DNA of 63,904 nt, filler included, from Octopus bimaculoides (taxonomy: Eukaryota): the NCBI RefSeq assembly GCF_001194135.2. It is 5 parts of 5 records of this genome, joined end to end, with 100 filler letters (N's around TTAATTAATTAA, not from the genome) between each part and the next. Parts side by side here need not be neighbours in the genome. Positions count along the whole stretch, not along the records: positions 1 to 21,723 come from NC_068993.1; positions 21,824 to 45,189 come from NC_069008.1; 3 more parts are not named here. The stretch is one strand, 5' to 3'. Positions within the stretch are counted from its first letter, which is position 1. Each line of letters opens with the position of its first letter. The notes under the pieces were generated by a model, which did no database searches, was not told where the DNA came from, and worked only from the letters and a program-made list of their open reading frames with translations. Shown here in pieces: positions 12,215 to 24,499 of the stretch. The translations under genes were made by a program, and so were the position numbers.

Positions 12215-12280
12215 AAAAAATATATATGTAGTTATATGTAGGTAAGTACGTATATTAATGCATATATACAAAAACACATA

Positions 12281-12327
<47 letters not shown>

Positions 12328-13563
12328 GCATTTACATATATATGTAGATATTCTTATAAATATGTGTATATATGTACATACACACACACATACACTGATT
12401 GCTTAATTTTTTTCTATTCTTTTCATATCAAAAGTTATAATTTTCCAATAATTCATGATTAAATTGTAATTTTTTCTAAAAAAAATATCATTAAATTAAA
12501 TAATTGAAAACATTCATTTCATATTAGAACGTAATCAAAGCCAAAGTGATTTTGATTGATTAAGGATTATCAGGAAAATTTGAACTTTGCCATTTCTAAT
12601 TGATATAATCTCTTTGAGCCATATTCCTGTCAAGGAAATAATTTAATTCCATCTCAGACATGAAGTTACCATATTCATATTGTCTCCGCTAGAACTTCTC
12701 TGTTAGAGATCACTGTCAATTGATATCACCGTCAAGAGATAAAAAAGAATTTCTCTCTTTATGAGTTTAGATGTTAGAATATTGGTAAAAAGATCAAAAA
12801 GCGTTTTCTATCAGCATTTGTTTGTCCGCTTCTAAATATTTCTCTTCTTCGGAAAGAGGAATACTTTACTGTTAGATTAGATAATTTCTATCAAATTTAC
12901 TTTTACTCTAACATATATCTTGATGTTTACAAACTGTATTGAACCCAGCTGTAATCTGATAGGCAAATATTGATCATTTAATTGCTACGTAATTTCAACA
13001 GACTTTAGATGTTTTCAGCAAGCGGCGGCTCAGAGCTGGAAATAAAACGTTAAACCATATTTAACAGTTTTAAGGATGAAACACTATTAACCAATTGAAT
13101 ATTAAAAAATAAAAGCGCGAAAAATATGTATACATGAAAAAAACAAAACAAAACAAAAAAAGACAAACTCAACTACGCAAAGAATTTCCTTTTTATTTTT
13201 TTTCTTTAGATATAAATGTTTTCTCTTTTCTGTATTAAAATGAAAACTGTTGAATCGAGACAGCTTCTGCTTGAAACTCAGCTAACACACTAAACGAAAA
13301 ACCTTTAAGCTTGCTACAACAAATGCTTAACTTCACCAATGCCTTTCATGTATGTCTGTCTGTCTGTCTGTCTGTCTGTATGTATGTATGTATGTTTGTG
13401 TGTATGCAAGTACGTATGTATGTTTGTGTGTATGTATGTTTGTGTGTATGTATGTATGAGTGTGTGTATGTATGAGGGTGTGTATGTGTGTGTGTATTTA
13501 TCTACCTATCTCCCTCTCTCACTCTATATGTACACATATATTTCAGTATCTATCTATCTATCT

Positions 13564-14763
13564 GGTAGATGAACAAGGGCGCGAATTACTCGAGCCAAGT
13601 AAAATGTGTGTGGCCTTTCAACAGTATTTTGCCCGACTGTTCGGGACGAGTGGCGAGCGAAAACGCAGGGTGGACTTCAGTGCCTACCTGCACAGCCTGC
13701 TACGACTCTCGACAAAAGAGGCAAGGTGCTGCGAAGATGCCATCACAGCGACGGAAGTGCGGGACGCGATGGCAGAATGCTCGAAGGACAAATCGCCGCG
13801 TCTGGATGGTCTACCCTACGAGCTTTACAGTTGTATGCCAGACTTGTTTTGGAGACGTATTGGCGGCGGTGTACTGCAACTGGCAGCAAAACAGGAGCAT
13901 CCCCGGTTTTGTGAGCCGAGGAGCCGTAACGCTGCTGAAGAAAGATCCAAACAAAGGGGACGTAATAGATAACTTTAGGCCCATCACTCTGCTCAATGCA
14001 GACTTAAAAATTTTGGCCAAGGTGTTAGCCAAGAGGTTGGCGCTTGTCATCGAGAAACTGGTCGACAATGTGCAAACGTGCCCCGTGCCGGAGCATCCAA
14101 GACAACCTCCACCTGATGCGCTACATCATAGACAGGGTAGTTAAAGAACCTGGCATTGGTGGGGCCCTGATCAATCTGGATCTATCCAAAGCTTCCGATA
14201 GGATAGACCATCGATACTTGGAGGCTGTCCTCATAGTGGCTGGTTTCGGTCCCGTCTTCCGCGGCTGGATAGCTGCCTTGTACAGAAATATCTGTTCGGT
14301 AATTAGCGTGAATGGGCATCTATCGAGACCTTTCGACATTGCCCGTTCGGTCCATCAGGGATGCTCCCTCTCGTCGCTTCTGTACGTATTGACTTTCGAG
14401 CCACTACTGCGGAAGCTGGCAACGCTGAGAATTGGGACGAGCGTGTCCGCATATGCGGACGACGTCACCGTCATAGTGTCTAGCCAAGAGCACATCAAGC
14501 TGGTCGGCAAGACACTGAAAGACTACAAAGTGGTAACAGGAGCAAAAATCAACCGGGAAAAGTCAGTGGGCTTGCGGCTCGGCACCTGGAGAAGCAAGCC
14601 CATGCCGTTCAGCAGTGCCTCCATCGTGGGACGCTGGACAGACAGTCCGGTCGAGTTTCTCGGGTGTCTGGTTTGGTTCGGACCTCCAAACGGAGAAGAA
14701 CTGGGACGAGATAACGAGTAGGGTGGCTACTCTCGCCCGGCAATGGGCCGAGAGGAAATTGTC
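13564..14763 (+). mobile_element. Tx1/L1-clade non-LTR retrotransposon ORF2 fragment (RT domain), frameshifted, 5' and 3' truncated
   Basis: Overlapping ORFs give NFRPITLLNADLKILAKVLAKRL, LDLSKASDRIDH, QGCSLSSLLY, AYADDVTV, KINREKS. Confidence 0.95.
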
Positions 14764-14764
14764 T

Positions 14765-14990
14765 TTCACTGACATAGTGTAGCTAGGACTACATTATGTA
14801 ATGTATCCTTTCTTTTTAAGCTTGTTTAGATCCAAGTCAGTCCTATCCACTTTTTCTATGAGCAAAGACAGTCCAGCTGTGACCATCCCTTCTTTAATCC
14901 AGAAATATTCTACCTAGGAACATATTATCTAAACCTGGCTTCAATTTATTTTTTTAAGGGAGTTTTAGCTGCTATTTCTAGAATGCTGAC
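14765..14990 (-). mobile_element. Interspersed repeat family C (tagaaatagcagc...taatgtagtcctag...gatggtcacagctgga), interrupting the Tx1 copy
   Basis: Same motifs recur at about 28685, 32030, 39690-39895, 53030-53385 and 55000. Confidence 0.6.
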
Positions 14991-15152
14991 CAAACACGCA
15001 AGGAGTTTTGAACCAGGAGGTGCTTGAGTTAGGCGGAGTTAATCTTAATATTGTTGTGTAAATATTCCGAGCGACCACAGAATTGGTAAGAAAGCAATGA
15101 AATTGAAAAATGGTTATGCCAGCCGGAATATATTAAACTGAGCTTTTTCGCA

Positions 15153-15265
15153 CAGGTAAATCTTTGATTAACGATCAAGGTATATATTTACCTTTCACAC
15201 AGGTAAATCTATGATTAACGATGAAAGAATATATTTACCTTTCACATAGGTAAATCTGTGATTAA
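15153..15265. repeat. 47-bp tandem repeat, about 2.4 copies, each unit a hairpin
   Basis: Units start at 15153, 15200 and 15247; AGGTAAAT...ATTTACCT inverted repeat within each unit. Confidence 0.9.
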
Positions 15266-15429
15266 AAGTGAAAATACAGGAAACAAAAACGAAATAAAAA
15301 GACAAAAGACAACAAAAAACAAAACAAAAACACAGCTGTGTGTGTGCACTTATAAAAATAAATGAAATTGGATGAAGCAATCACCTGCTTAACCAGGCAG
15401 CGTATGCATACACACATACATACATACAT

Positions 15430-15510
<81 letters not shown>

Positions 15511-15899
15511 CACAAATACATACACACACACACACACGTATATATAATATATTATCTATTATATATATATATACGCATGCATAGGTATATACACATACAT
15601 CTACGCTCACACATACATACGTATTGTACACGTATATGTAAATATACATACCTATATATGTACGTATATAATGTGTGTATAAGTAAACTTGCATATCATT
15701 ATATAATGTATGTATTCATATATATACGCACGTATCTATCAATCTATCTATCTATCTATCTATCTTTTTTTTTTCTTCCCGCGATCCCTTTTGATCGAAA
15801 TCCCCACCTTTTTTTTCCGCGATCCCTTTTGATCGAAATTATCCCCCCCCCCCCAAAGAAAAGCTCTACTTTGTAATTTGTCCATGTTCTGTATTTAAC

Positions 15900-15900
15900 C

Positions 15901-15954
<54 letters not shown>

Positions 15955-15967
15955 ATCTATCTATCTA
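15900..15967. repeat. (CTAT)n microsatellite
   Basis: Direct run. Confidence 0.95.
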
Positions 15968-16599
15968 CATTCTCCTCTATACTTGGGTTGCATGGCATTG
16001 TATACATCTGCGCGAGTATGTATTTGTAAATGGAAAAGAAAGTTGAGATGAAGAGAAAAGCAAGGAAGAGGGAAAAGTAGCAGCAGTAGCAGCAGCAGCA
16101 GCAGCAGTGGTAGTAGTAGAAGGAAGAGGGGGAGATAAAAGTTAGAAAGAAAACAAAGAACAGAAACAAGACTAGCAATATGAAGTGGGAGTAGTTTTGG
16201 TGGTGTTAATCCCTTTTAATCCGGGTGCTAGATTGGGGTATTATTACAGTTGATTCCCAGGGTCAGATCTCCATAAAATAGAAATCTTTGATCAATGACA
16301 TTCTCTCCGTGACCGTCACGTCTTTCTGTTTTTTTTTTTAAATTTGACACCGTGTGTCTAGGATTACCGCAACATTTCAAACTGTCATCTGATCCCTGAA
16401 ATGCCCAGGTCCCACTATTGCTAAACATTGGATTAAAACGGATTAACAAATAAATCTTCCCGTCACTTCACCACACACAGCTACTCATACATTTTCTCCT
16501 CCTTTTTCTTTTCCCAACTATTTTCTCTACCTCTTTCTATTTTTGTATGATGTTTAATATATTCAAGCTGGCATAACCATTTTTCAATTTCATTTGTAT

Positions 16600-16760
16600 G
16601 ATGATGAGGAAAAAGAAAGTACTGGTGGTGATGATGATGATGATGACGATGATGATGTTGATGTTGATGATGATGGCGATGATGGTGATGATGACGATGA
16701 TGTTGATGATGATAATAATGATGACATTGTAGGTGTTGCTGGTGGTGATGATGATAGTGA
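16600..16760. repeat. Degenerate (GAT)n microsatellite (spurious poly-Asp ORF)
   Basis: Direct run. Confidence 0.9.
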
Positions 16761-17432
16761 CCTTGCTATATACGGTGTGATATGGACTTCAAATTTTGAC
16801 TCAAGTCCGGCAAGTTCAAGATCTTTTTCTTTCCTTTTTTTTCCTGTAAAAATATGTTGCTGATAAAAACAATATATAGAGTTAGGTTAAAGTGTAGAAC
16901 CAAGCATAATTTCTTCATAAAATTGGAGAATATTTAATTTTCTCTCTTTTGAGGTTTTCGTCCTACCTATCTTTTCGGAAAAGAATTGACTACATGCAAT
17001 CAATTTACCTGACAAGGTTTATATCAACTTAACTCCAAGTCACCACACTTCTCTCCCCATTGCTGCCCATCTCTCATCGTCATGAAACAGAATCAGGAAA
17101 ATACCCAGAGCTATTTCTAATGACCCAGTGAACATAACCACCTGGAAGACACTTGACAACTAATTCCTCTGTTATTTATTTTACTCTTCAATTCAATACA
17201 ATCTGGCTTACCAATTTTTTTGATTTTGTTTTGGTATCAGATTTTGGTTTGAAGTTAATATAAAACGTACCGTTTGCAAATAACGGAATCAGAAATAAAA
17301 GCAAATCCAAAGGATGCGAAACTCGATAAAGCAAGCAAAACAATAGAAACTAATTCTTGATACACTTAAAAGCAGGAACCAAACCCCAACAACCAATAAT
17401 CTGAAAAAAAAGCCAAATTATTTAAATAAAGG

Positions 17433-17493
<61 letters not shown>

Positions 17494-17600
17494 TGTTATT
17501 GTTATTATGTTTACTCTTCTTATTTTTATAATCATTATTTTCTTCGATTATCATTACTATTTTATTGTTGTTGTTGTTGTTCTAACTGTTGTTGTTGTTT
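17433..17600. repeat. (CAT)n then (TTA)/(TTG)n microsatellites
   Basis: Direct runs. Confidence 0.9.
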
Positions 17601-17928
17601 TTATTATTTTATTGCTGTTGGTGGTTTTATAGAGTTAATGTGTCTCTGTTGTTAGCCTGCCAGTTATATGACAGGTTAAAGATAGCATTAGGTAGTATTA
17701 GTGTTGGAAGATTATTAATTTCATTACTAGCGAAATAGTGGAGGTATTTTTCTGCAGATTTCTTTTTTATTGGTGGCCATGATTGATGAGTTTACCAAGG
17801 GAGATAAATAAAATAAACAAAACAAAAGATCTTTTGTAATGAAGAACAGGAAAAGAAGTTGTGTTTCCAGCTTCAAATTCGAACTAAATGTGTGTGTGCT
17901 GTGTGCGTGTGTGTATATATGTATATGG

Positions 17929-18007
<79 letters not shown>

Positions 18008-18535
18008 AACAAGCACGAAGTATATACACTTAAATACATTCACCCATATAAACGCCGGCACGCATGCAGGTGCATGTACGTGTAAGCGTATGTGTGTTTT
18101 AAATTCAGAAAAATTGATTAAGAGTAAAAACTATTCAGTAAAAACTAACATGGTGGAATTGGTGTCCAGCGCAGTGTGCAGCTGTTGGTGATTGATCACA
18201 GTTGCATCACTCTGTTGACTGAAGATTGCTTTCTAAACTCCTTGAAACGATAAATACTTAAACTTATTGACTATAGATTGATTACGAAGATTATCCATGA
18301 TATTGGTAACGTTACCATACACTAGAAGCATATTTGAAACACAGGCACAGGCACACACACACACACACACGCGCACACACACACACACACACACACATAC
18401 ACGAACACACACATATACACGAACGCACACATATATATTTATACATAAATATGAATATACATATATATACGTAAATATACTCATGCTTATACATATGTGT
18501 ATATTTATATTTGTATACAGTAAGATGAATTGAAA

Positions 18536-18574
<39 letters not shown>

Positions 18575-18621
18575 ACACACATATGTATATATATGTATAT
18601 ATGTGTGTATATATATATATA

Positions 18622-18666
<45 letters not shown>

Positions 18667-19539
18667 CCACACACACACATATATACATGTACATACGTGT
18701 GAGTGTGTGTGTGTGCTTACGAGAGTAATATAAGTAAAGCTGTGTGTTTATCTTCTCTTGATTGTTTTCTAAAACTTTATTTTTAATTCATTTCAGTTTC
18801 TTTCAGTGAATCTGTCTTTTTTAGCACTTATAGAAATGAAGACTACGGAAGATAATAGAGATCGATAGGCAGGTAAACACATACACACACACCTACACAC
18901 ACACACACACAGATAGAGATGTATATGTACATTACATATATGCGAATGTATATATAGAGAGAGTAAGTAAGAAATAGAGACAGAGGTTTGCTTTCATATC
19001 GATGCGTTTCTAATGTCTGCTTGATTAAAATCAAGCCACTATTAGTCTTTAATGGAAACTAAAATGATTTATGTGCTCTGTCTACATTGAGAAACTGACG
19101 ATAGCTCTCCTATACTTTTCTCTCTCTTTTCCTATTCTTCTCCACATTATTTTCGCTTCCAATTTCCATTATACCATTATTCAATGCAGCATGATTCTAT
19201 GTGTCTTTGAGTCCTCATCGTATCATCTGTGTTGTCTCATCTACGTCTGTCTAATACAGCTACTTCATCACACATTTTTCTTCATTTCATTTTTGAACAC
19301 TCTTCATTATCAACTCATAGAATGTTATCCAATATGGCTCCTCACATCACATAATTCGCCGATACCTGTAATTATCGCTCTTGCACACAAAGACTGATGT
19401 TTGATTTTGAAGTCCAACCTCAAACTGTCTTTTAATCTTCACATGGCAGATCCAAGTGACCAGATTCTACTTTGATCATCTTAGGTTCCATGTATTCACC
19501 AACAAAGTGGCATCGCTGTACGAAAGGATGTTGCATTAA

Positions 19540-19721
19540 GAATAATGAATTACGAATAATACATTATGAATAATGCATTATGAATGGTGCATTATGAATA
19601 ATGCATTATGAATGGTGAGTTATGAATAATGCATTACGAATAATGTACAATGAATGGTGCATTATGAATAATGCTTTATGAATAATGCATTATTAATGCC
19701 GTGTTATAAACGATGCATTAT
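19540..19721. repeat. 14-bp minisatellite x13, consensus GAATAATGCATTAT
   Basis: 182 nt = 13 x 14; the consensus unit contains the 12-bp palindrome ATAATGCATTAT. Confidence 0.9.
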
Positions 19722-19948
19722 GTACATTGCATTGTTACAATTATGTCGCTTCAATGATGCTGCGCTACAACAAATACAAGTAAGGATGCAGGGTACAGAT
19801 GTCTGTTGGTGCAAACAAATTTAGATAAATCAGAAAAATACAATACAAAAAAAAACAACCAAAGACACCTGTAATGTGCGTTTGGGAAACCGGTATTTAC
19901 TTCTTTAAAACTAAAATAGTTTAAGAAGTACTGTGAGGTATAGTTTGT

Positions 19949-19976
19949 GACGTTTTGGACGAAGTCCCTCATCAGG
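19949..19976 (-). ncRNA. Degenerate hammerhead-like core (probably inactive)
   Basis: Minus strand CUGAUGA-g-ggac[ttc]gtcc-AAAA-cgtc; G12 is replaced by A and no convincing stem I/III was found. Confidence 0.3.
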
Positions 19977-20938
19977 AAAGGGAACATTTTTTACTTCTTT
20001 TCTGAATAAGGGAGAGGACCATAAAATAATGGCAAGTCCACGTGGCTGTATTTATTTAGTTGGATAGCTTGCCATAAATGGCAGTGAAATCTTCCTCAGA
20101 TTGCGTCCACATTAGAAAATGTAACCTGTGATACACTACGTATCATGAAAGGTGGCTAAAATCTGCAGCTGCATATGTAGACAGTTGCAGCTATATATTC
20201 CATAGAAATGTGCAGTTTTCTATAAATGGTTGTAGCTGTACACTTGTGTTACATTCAGCTTGCAGCTGTATGTAAAATGGCTGCAGATGAAGTCTTAAAG
20301 ATGAAAAATTCTCTCTCAAATCTAAACCACAACTTACTGTTTTTTTAAGAAAGGATATTCGTTAATATACTTCAACTGTAAATATAACGAGGTGGTCACA
20401 GTTAGAACGCCGTTGATAATATGTGTACTCAGGGTTGACCTACGGTTAACATAAATCATGTGACATTTATCTGACAGTCAGCTTCACCTTGTATTAACCC
20501 ACAGGAAGAATTTCCTATGTAACCATGATCTGTCTCCCCCCACCCCGCCCACACCGCATCGCAGCTGCAGATTGAAACTAACTTTGGTAGGAATTATTAA
20601 ATCCAACATTAGACCCCTATCAGTAAGTATAGCGGTGTTGTGGACAAGAACATGGTGGATAATTCACAGAATTAATTCCACGACGAGACTGTTTATGTTA
20701 TAGATCAGGTGAGAGTTACCGTTTTATATTCAAAGACTCTGTTGAATGGAATGTAATACAATAAAGAGAAGATAAAAGAAAACTTTATTAAACACACCGA
20801 AAATTGTAATTATATTAATTGTGAAAATGTAATTATAAATATAAAAGTAAGAAATAAAAATATACACTGAAATTTTAACGAGCTTTTGAAGAATTTAAGA
20901 ATATTTGAACAAATGCAGATGAGCTTATGGAGCTTTAG

Positions 20939-21040
20939 GCAGAATGTCGTCTTTGTTCTGACTTTGTGTTCCGTGTTCAATTTCTGTCGAAGTCAGCGTT
21001 ACCTTTCATCCATTTGGGATCGATAAATAAAGTACAATTC
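20939..21040 (+). mobile_element. Degenerate SINE family A copy
   Basis: ccgtgttcaatttctgtcgaagtcagcgttacctttcatccatttgggatcgataaataaagtac. Confidence 0.6.
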
Positions 21041-21723
21041 TAGGATGGTTGATTTATGGAGTTGATTTTGTTGATTTGTGATAAAACTCGAGTTTGTCGG
21101 AAAACCCCAGTCGCTAGTAGAAGCAATAACAGTATATTACTGGTATCTATTTTATTGGTTTTAGTTCCATAACCAGAACTTGAAACTATAACAGAAGGAT
21201 TCTGGCAAACGCTGATTCAGTGTTGGTTATGAAAGTACTAAATAAAGGTTAGTGGGTGTCATGGCTATTGGACTTCGAAGCGTACAATAATAACCCAAAA
21301 TGTCGTTTACTTTGCAACAAAGCCACACGGTTACTACAGTAACGGGTAGATATAATTTTAATAATAATCGCATTCTTTCTGTTAGAAATTGGATTAGACA
21401 AGCTGATCATTACAAAATGTCTTAAAAATACCATGAACAACATTTCATGTTTGAGAATAATGGGAGATGGCCAAATATGAAGGGTGGGGTGGGGGAAGGA
21501 ATAAAGAAAATGAGTTATAAACACATAATAAAAATAATAAGGATATGATAAAAAGAATTAAAAAAAAAGGAAATAAATAAAAATAAAAAAGATAATGTAA
21601 ATACGACGTGGAAAATCTAAAATATTTTTAATTTCTGAAGTTAATATTAAAAGGTAAAGATGAAGAAAATGAAAAATTCTTGAAGAGAAAAAGTGAAAGG
21701 AAATTAAAAGTCAAGAAACAGAA

Positions 21724-21823
21724 NNNNNNNNNNNNNNNNNNNNNNNNNNNNNNNNNNNNNNNNNNNNTTAATTAATTAANNNNNNNNNNNNNNNNNNNNN
21801 NNNNNNNNNNNNNNNNNNNNNNN
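21724..21823. other. Artificial contig-join linker N44-TTAATTAATTAA-N44
   Basis: Exactly 100 nt; the 12-mer has stops in all six frames; identical structure at four places. Confidence 0.95.
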
Positions 21824-23260
21824 ATGATTTTTCAGAAGGGGAGGCTTGCTAGAAACATGTCTTAACCGAAAGTCTATTCTGAAAACCTACAGCAATACCT
21901 GTTGGTGTTTCTTTGCTAATGAATTGATACCTAACTGTATTATCTTCCCAAGTAATTTGGTAAACAGTCTTACCAAACATTTCTATACCTATACGTGTAG
22001 AATCTTCCAAGTAACCTACCATATGTAATCTCAACTGTATCCTTTTAATCTTGAAACTGTGGAACTAATTAATAGAATGATTTTTTGGAAGGGGAGGCTT
22101 GCTAGAAACAAGTCTTAACCGATTCTGGTGCAATCGGTGACAGAAGATAGACAATGAACATCATATTTCTGACACCGTCTCTTGTTACACAACATATTGT
22201 CATACAATGGCAGGAATATGCTATCATTTCCTCCTTTATTACTACAATATTGAATATTACTGTGATTTTGTTAAAATATTCTGCAGATTCTTCGATCTTT
22301 GTTTCTCTGGTGACAAGTAACCAAAGAAGCCGAAATTTTATTGTTATATTTGGTGCCTCAATGATAATCTTGATACTTGTGGGACTAAATAATAGAATGA
22401 TTTTTCAGAAGGGGAGGCTTGCTAGAAACATGTCTTAACCGAAAGTCTATTCTGAAAACCTACTGCAATACCTGTTGGTGTTTCTTTGCTAATGAATTGA
22501 TACCTAACTGTTTTATCTTCCCAAGTAATTTGGTAAACAGTCTTACCAAACATTTCTATACCTATATGTGTAGAATCTTCCAAGTAACCTACCATATGTA
22601 ATCTCAACTGTATCCTTTTAATCTTGAAACTGTGGAACTAATTAATAGAATGATGTTTTGGAAGGGGAGGACTGCTAGAACCATGTTTTGACCGATTCTG
22701 GTGAAACTGGTGACAGAAGATAGACAATGTACATCATATTTCTGTCACCGTCTCTTGTTACACAATATATTGTCATACAATGGCAGGAATATGCTATCAT
22801 TCTCTCCTTTATGACAAGGTGCAGCAATATCAAAGGAAGGTTAACTATGAAAGTAGTTTTTGTGTGTGGCAGATGCACTGGGGCAATAAACACTGAAGAT
22901 GTACAGAAAACATTCCATCACATGCCAGGGGAAGAAACTAGATGTAGTTAATAGCTTCTGCGACCAAGTCTGTTGTGGGGGTGGTTACACTGAGAGTGTA
23001 GCGACTAGAATAAGAATGGACTGGGCAGAGTTCAGGGAGCTCCTACGTTTGCTGGCAACTAAGGGCCTCTTGCTCAGAGTGAAAGGTATGTGTAGGCTTG
23101 AAAGAAATGAAGCTAGTATGATCCACTGGATGCGTAAAGACATGGAATGAGGTGGTGATATTATATAGGATATTACTGTGCTTTTATCAAACTCTTTAGA
23201 TTCATCAATCTTTGCTTCTCTGGTGACAAGTGACCAAAGAGGCCGAAATCTTCTGGTTAA
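21824..23260. repeat. 573-bp tandem duplication with internal 50-bp subrepeat; second copy interrupted by an RTE fragment
   Basis: 21824 and 22397 (offset 573) start identical text; the subrepeat core atgatttt..gaaggggagg.(c/t)tgctagaa starts at 21824, 22077, 22397 and 22650. Confidence 0.9.
22816..23158 (+). mobile_element. RTE-clade LINE ORF fragment with internal deletions
   Basis: VFVCGRCTGAINTEDVQK...ATRIRMDWAEFRELLRLLATKGLLLRVKG..RLERNEASM; homologous to 33036-33319. Confidence 0.85.
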
Positions 23261-23910
23261 TGTCTTTCATTAAAATTTGTATTCTCTTTGTAAAATCTTG
23301 TAGAAGCATATCTTCATCAATGCCAATACATTTTTAAAAAGTATGTATTTCCGAGAATTTATCAACAAATTAATTTTCTTTTCATATGTATTGAATCTTG
23401 TATAAAATAGGAGTTTGTCCTCCCATTATTTCCCCTCTTTTCATGGAATTCTTTGTCTTTTCTGTTCTGTTGTTGACTGAGCTCGTTTCTCTGACATTTC
23501 TTTCCCTGAACTGTCATCGCTCTCATATCTACACTTTTGATTCTCAACTCCTCCGTCCCTTTTTGTAGTTGAGTCCCTTAAAGCTCTTTTCTGAAGGATA
23601 AGTTTTCTTAAATTATTTCCTCTTTGGATTTCCAAAGTGAACCTGTAATGAAATATAAGGAAAACATTTAGCTTTGTGAAAATATTAAAGTTTCAGGAAA
23701 ATAATGAGATTGAGACAGATAAAAAATATTGATTAGAGAACAAGAAATTTGAGTCAACAACTTTACATAATGCCGTGCTTCTAAGCATTTGATGATGTAT
23801 GTTACCATGGCTTTTAACATATAAAGAATACATAAATAAAAAGCACAGAATAATACAAATATATGATTCTGCCAGTTGATCACAATAATAATAATAATAA
23901 TAATAGCAAC

Positions 23911-24120
23911 CATCACGATCATCGTTTAACGTCCGTTTCCCATGCTGGAATGGGTCGGACAGTTTGACTAAGGACTGGCAAGCCACGAGGCTGTACCAGG
24001 CTCATACCTGATCTGGCAAGGTTACTACAGCTGTATGCCCTTCTTGATGCCAACCACTCCGAGTGTGTAGTGGGTGATTTTTACATGCCACCAGCACAGG
24101 AGCCAGTTACGTGGCACTAG
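23911..24120 (-). mobile_element. RTE-type 3' tail (LINE 3' UTR or RTE-mobilised SINE)
   Basis: Reverse complement of gtggcatgtaaaa...gagtggttggc.tcaagaagggc...aaaccgtcc.acccat.ccagcatgg.aa.cggacgttaaacgatga. Confidence 0.8.
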
Positions 24121-24499
24121 CATAGACCACATTCAGGGGGTTGGTGGTGGTTTTTAGGTGCCACTGGCATTGACCACGTTCGGATGGTGTTTTCTGTGTG
24201 TCAATGGCATGGGGAGCAAGTCAGGCTGGATGTCCTTCCTAACATGAACCACTCCTCAGAGTGTAGTGCATGTACATGCTTCCAGCACATGTCACCAGTA
24301 TGGGTGCTTTGCACATTTCACTGGCACAGGTGCCTTTCCCGTGTCCCTGGCACTGGCCATGACCACAACCTCACTTAGCTTGACATATCTTCTCAAGCAC
24401 AGAAAATCACCAAAAGTCTCGGTTCCTTGTCCTCGCTTCCCCGAGACTCAATGTCATATGGTCACATTGCACCACACACTCATACATCATCCGTCTATC

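Noticed and set aside
13564-14763. GC-rich islands as possible bacterial contamination or horizontal transfer (also 41032-43085, 46458-47570, 62797-63904)
   Set aside because: The translations are clearly Tx1/L1 ORF2.
16368-16420. Possible 53-nt minus-strand exon NSGTWAFQGSDDSLKCC
   Set aside because: Splice-like ends are present but there is no homology and no neighbouring exons.
20160-20290. Cluster of TGCAGCTG (E-box-like) motifs
   Set aside because: Looks like a degenerate roughly 21-bp tandem repeat; no independent support for a regulatory role.
20505-20622. Possible 118-nt plus-strand exon (cacag|...|gtaagt, open in one frame)
   Set aside because: Unrecognised peptide, no compatible partner identified before the contig join; kept only as a note.
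15153-22700. CRISPR-like appearance of the 47-bp hairpin repeat and the 50-bp repeat with 200-270-bp spacers
   Set aside because: Eukaryotic DNA with no cas genes; the first has no spacers, and the second has spacers that are too long and are duplicates of each other.
22893-22915. CTGAAGA-tgtaca-GAAA hammerhead-like string
   Set aside because: It lies in RTE coding sequence (TEDVQK); the stem loops would be only 2 nt; likely coincidence.
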